From a virus, in the IMG/VR virus record IMGVR_UViG_3300020182_001907: a DNA stretch of 64,000 bases, one strand, 5' to 3'. Both the position numbers and the translations under genes were made by a program. Under the pieces are notes generated by a model. It was not told the DNA's origin. It searched no databases and saw only the letters and a list, made by a program, of their open reading frames with translations. This document shows positions 51,501 through 57,500 of the stretch, piece by piece. Position 1 is the first letter of the stretch. The number at the start of each line of letters is the position of its first letter.

Positions 51501-54500
51501 AGGTTATGTTTGGGGTAACTATGTAGGATACAGCAAGCCACAGATGACCGGATACAATTTTTATCCTGGCGTGTTTAAGAAAACCACTGTGAAGTTAGTG
51601 CAACCAAGCCAAAATACTTATACCACACAAAATACTATACCAGAAGGTCAAGTAGTTGGTCCTAATAGTCAACGTATATCAGGTGGTGCAATTATATCTT
51701 TAGCTAAACCACTTACAACAACTGTACCAAAGACCCCAACAGTGTTAAAAAGATACGAAGTACAAGATCAGCCATGGGCTGATAATTTAACAAATGTAAA
51801 TTCTTTAACCTATAACCCTCGCAGAATTGGCAGTAGTATTAATGTTAACAACAGTAATTTAACGAATGTTAAACCTAACATTAACAGTAATGATTTAGAT
51901 TATAATGGTCCAGCATTCACAACCCCTGACACGGTTTTGCAGGAAGATCGCAGCGATGTAACTAGAGTTGTAGCAAATCAAACTACGAGCTTACAACCGT
52001 TACAGTTTTCTAAAGTAAACACAGGTATAAGATTTACCAAAGTGCCTGTTATTGATATAACACCGCTAGATATTGATGCTAACGGAAACTACTTGCCAGC
52101 AGGTACTACTGTGCAAGCACAAATTTCTCGACCTACACCTACAGCAAGTATTACCCAAGAAGATTTGCTGGGCACCAAAGAAGGAGAAGAACTTTACATA
52201 AATGGAAGGCGACTTGTTGTTAGAGCTAGAACACTAGAGGATCTTAAAAATCAAATTAACTGCGGTGTGTTCGGATTAGAGGCTGGTATTGTAAACCAGG
52301 CAGGACAACCTACACTAGTTATATCAAGTTGTACTGGACAAGCATGGAGAGTAGCAAATGGCTGCGGTGGCGGAGTATATTCGCAAGTTGGTGACTTCCA
52401 TATTAACAGAGGTTTTGAACAATCTCGAACAGCAGTAAGTAGCTTAACTGATGCTGTTGTTGATACAGGACAGGCAGCCGCTAGCACAGTATATACAAAA
52501 TATACTTATGTTACAGAACAAACTATAGGTGTTGCAGGCGAAATTATACCAGCAAATACCTATGTTAGATTTGGTTTAAATACTGGTACTGGGGAAACAG
52601 GATACACCACAAACCAAACTTATGTTGATGCTGCTGGTGATATAAACCTTGTTGAATTTGAAGGCAACAGCACTGGCACTATTGCCCCTATGCCCAGTAC
52701 AAGCACCACTAGTGAATATCAGACAGCTGGTAGTGGATATAGAATAGGTGACAGACTGAGATTAATTGGCGGTACCCCAATAAATTCTGCAAAAGCTCCT
52801 CTAACTAAAATTTGTATAGACAGTGCAGGATCAGGTTATACCGATGTTACTAAATTGCAAGTAGTAATTAATTCAAATAACGCTACGCCTGGAGTAGGCG
52901 CAGCCGCAATAGTTACTGCACTGGATATTAATGGCGGTATAGCAGAAATAGAAATAGTTAACGGCGGTACTGGGTACGACATAAATAGACCACCACTTGT
53001 AGAAATTATTGATTTAGCTAATCCTAGTGCTGCAACAAGAACTATAGACAGCAGATGGCCAGGCGCATCCGCCGGCGGCAGTTTAAGTGTTAATGGTGGA
53101 GATATTTTAGAAATAGATAATTATAGTAGTTCTATAGACGGCAAAGATTTATATATAGACAAGCGTCATCTCAAAGCTACCGCTCCGTTTACGATAGGAC
53201 AACGACTTTTTGACGGGTTAGTTTCCCCAGTAAATATAAACAGTAATGTGGCATGGATCGATCCGCAAACGCTGGATAATAGTTTTACTGGAAGAGCACA
53301 AATTACATTGACTGGCGTTAGTTCAGGCTCAGCTATATTAGAAAGTATCCGACCAAACAGTTTTGTAGAAATCGCTCATTTTCCGAGAACTGCATTCGAT
53401 AACGTAGCCACAATTACAGCTGGAAGCTTGTCTAAGTTAAGCAGCACAATGACCATACCAGGAAACTATCAGTCAATTATACAGCCAGGAGATGTAATTA
53501 CATTCCTCGATCAAAATGAACAGTTAGAAAAAGAAGATGGTTCGATTAGTTTGCCAGATCCAAGATATATACAGTTACAGATAGATAGTGCAACAGATAA
53601 CGGAGGCAGCACTGACCTCGTATTTACAACCACTGTCGATGCACGATATACTTTCGCAGACGCTACTGTAGGCGGAACTGACAGACCAGTACTTATAGGT
53701 AGAGCAATTGAATCTAAATTCTTTATTCCTCAGCCTACTGACAACAATCCTACTGTTACATATAATAGTGGATTAAGCACACTTACTGTAGTTATAGAAA
53801 GTGACATGTTTAGAACGTTCCCATCATTTAAAAATAGTGGCATGTTTGGCAACGGTTTCTTACCAGATGTTTATACAGGGATTATGCAGCCCGACACTGT
53901 TTATGTTTATTATAAGAAGGCATGGTGGACCGAAACACTGGTTAATCCTCCAGGCGGCGTTCCTGTATTACAAGATATTGTTGATCCTAGTGTGCCTAGA
54001 AATAGTGCAAAATTAAGTGCATTAATGGGAACCAGTGATACATACGGCACTAACTTAAATTTCAATGATAATGCACTGAAAGCTGGATACCAAGGCATGG
54101 CAGGCCCACAGCGTATTGCTAAGTTCATTGTTACTGGTGTAGATAGTTTTGGTGCTATTACTAGTTTAAGGATTATCGACAGAGGAGTATACAAAATATT
54201 CCCAAGTGATTTAACCCGTGGATTACCTTTAGAGTATGATTACGAAATACCAGGAACAAGTAGCGGACAATTATTAAACGGAGTAGCAACAGTACTTCCT
54301 AGCCAACGTGGCACTACATTAGGCGTCAGCGACCCACTGTGGTCTGTGCAATACGGACCAGATCATCCAGAATATAAGGTTGATCCGTACGGCGATACTT
54401 CAAATGAGCGCCATCCAGACTGGTTTAGATATCCTGAATTTTATTTTAATGGTGTGCAATGGGTTCCTTATAAAGGAACTCCAGGAGAGTATGATCCTAG

Positions 54501-57500
54501 CACATGGGTAATTGTTGATACCAGAGATCCTTCTACCAGCCAAGACATTAGTATTAATGATGCGTGGGAAAATTTAACAGCAGAACAAATTGAGAGATTT
54601 TATGTTACTGGACAGTTACTACGTAAAACATATCTTATAGACGACAATGTAGCGAGCACCACATACGGAAAATATATTACACCTAGAACGCTTGCAGGAG
54701 GCTCAGGTGCTAGAGTGTTTTTAACAGCGCAAGAAATACCTGATTGTTCCGAAAAAGGCACTGCTAGAGAAGCATTAGGTTTACCAGAGATTGTTGAGAA
54801 AGTAAATGCTCCGTTATCCTTAGCAAAAAATATCAACGATGCTATTGCGGCTGCAGGATATAATCCAAATACACTAAATGCAAGTGTTACTCCTAACGGT
54901 GATTTGGGGGAGTTTGGTTTAAGCACCAGTTTCCCTGGAATAAGATTAGATTCGTCAACACCTGGTTTCTTAGAGAAATTTGGATTACCCACAGGTGATT
55001 ATAATTTGGGCATGTTGTGTATTGAAAGCACACTCCAAGATCCGAATACAACAGACGAAGAAGCACAGCAAGTAATTAATGAACTGTACCAATCAGGATC
55101 GTATGGTAACCTCAGTACAGACGAGCTAAGTTCTATTACTGGCCGTTCAAGAGAAGATGTTAAAAACGTTGATGTATTAAGTTTTGCTTGTGTTCAGCGT
55201 ATATCTCCTAAAGTACCAGCTGGTGTTAACACTGGGGATCTGTTAAATGATAATAACAGTATATTTCCTGGTAACAACATTATACGTTTAAGAGAATTAT
55301 TTAAGTATACAGTTAGCAACATATTTGGCGAAGATATTAGTTTAAACACGGTTAGCAATAGACAGGACGTTAGCGTTAATGTTTTTGAAAGCAGAAGATA
55401 TAATAATTTTAATACACTACCTGTAAACTTTGAGACTACCGATGCAGCCACTAATGCGGTTAATACAGTATTATACCCTGGTCAACCAGTTATTAACACA
55501 AATGTCCCTTCTACAAACCTACCAGTTGTCGAAAAGCGTTGGATTGACAATTATAACGGCAGTTGGGCTTATTTCGAGAATGGTGTGTTAATCAGGCAGC
55601 AAGAGCCATTAGTTGATTCTCGGTATGTCAGTAGCACATTAATGTACAATGGAACTACTGGCGAGAAATTCTTAGATTTATACCAATGGGATCCGTTTAA
55701 AGGGGTGTTACCTAAATTTATTGCTGACGAAGTTTACTATATTAGCGAAGTAGACCCTGTAGGTTACAGCAGTGCAAGAAGTGTGTTTGGTAGAAATAAT
55801 ATAGGCAAAACTTGGTGGGATACCAGTACAATACGTTATTTTTGGTATGAGCAAGGGTCAGCAGTTGAGCGCCGGAACGCTTGGGGAAGTGCCTTCCCTG
55901 GAAGCAGCATTACAATATGTGAATGGATAGAAAGCGAAGCTTTGCCAGAAAATTGGGCTGGCGATGGAACTCCTCGATTCCTTGATAGATATATCACAGA
56001 AAGACATCAAGATCCTATAACAGGCGAGTTTAAATTGTATTACTATTACTGGGTGCAGAATAGATCAATAATAGATGACAGAATCAAGAGAGATTTAAAC
56101 AGGTCCCTTGATACACGCACTATCGCAAGATACATAGCTAATCCTTACAAGTATGGTATTGAAACTGTTTCGTATATAAGTCCCTCGTCAATGTTAATAG
56201 GTAACACAGGACCTAGCTTAAATAAATTTGAAAATAGATTGCAAATTAATTTTAGTAGAAACCTTAATCCCGACGGCATAGATCACACTGCATGGGAATT
56301 AGCAAGAGAAGGCGACAAGGATAGCGTTATCCCAAATGATTTATCAAACAAGCTTATAGATAGTTTAGCAGCAGAAAACGCAATAGGCCAAGTAGTACCG
56401 TCACCGTTGTTAAGTGATGTAGAACGTTACGGTATAGGTTTCCGACCTCGTCAAACAATGTTTAAAAACATCAAAGAAGCAAGACGAGTTATGGTTAATG
56501 TAATTAATAGACTGCTTAGTGACTTGAGATTAGAAACAGAGTATCCTGAATGGGATTCAACTTTACCATCAGTTAGAACATATATTAAAACTGTTGATTG
56601 GTTTGCTGTTAGAACAGTTGATAACGAAACAAACGAAAATATTAGATTTAATGATTCTTATAAGCCTGTCTACAAAGTTAGCAGTGTAGCAGAATTATAC
56701 AGATTGCAAAATGTTCCAGATGGTAGTATTGCACAAGTAAGTAACGAGCAAAACACTAGTGTTGAATTATGGATTTACATAGGAAACAAGAATAGATACA
56801 AGCAGATTAATATCAAAGACGAAACAATTCAGTTAAGCTCTGCGTTGTACACTGATGATACTAATGCTATTATGAGTAACGAAATACGTTTACTGTTAAC
56901 TACACTAAAAGATAAAGTATTCTTCAACACAAACAAATGGAATGAGTTGTTCTTTGAAATGTTAAAGTATGCATATGTTGAGCAAGGACAGTTGAGCTGG
57001 GCATTTAAAACTTCTTATTTGTTTGTCAAAAAAGAAGAAGAAGACTTAGTTAAATTTACTGGATTTAAGCCTGACAACTTCCAGAAAGTACTTGACTACA
57101 TGAATGAAGTTAAACCATACAATGCTAAGATTCGTGAATACAAAGATGGTAAGCGAGCCCCACTTGATTACATAGGACAAAACAATATCAGCGATTATGA
57201 TAAACCTCCCTTTGTTGATCCGGAAGCCAACAAAATTAGAGTGTTGGACGAAACAATACCAGCAGACCTAGAACTTATGGGAACAAATGCTCGATACGTT
57301 GACTATTGGACAGCCATCACAACTGATAATACTACTCCTATAAGAAAAGGCAAAGTCAATCTTACTTTCGACAGAACAAACTGGTTACCAACATTGTTTG
57401 GATGGGATCCGGCTACTGATACAGAAAGTATAGCTATATCTAAAAATATTGCGTTTTTATCAGTAGCTAATGCAGCAGTTATGGCTGATCCTAGCAGTAA

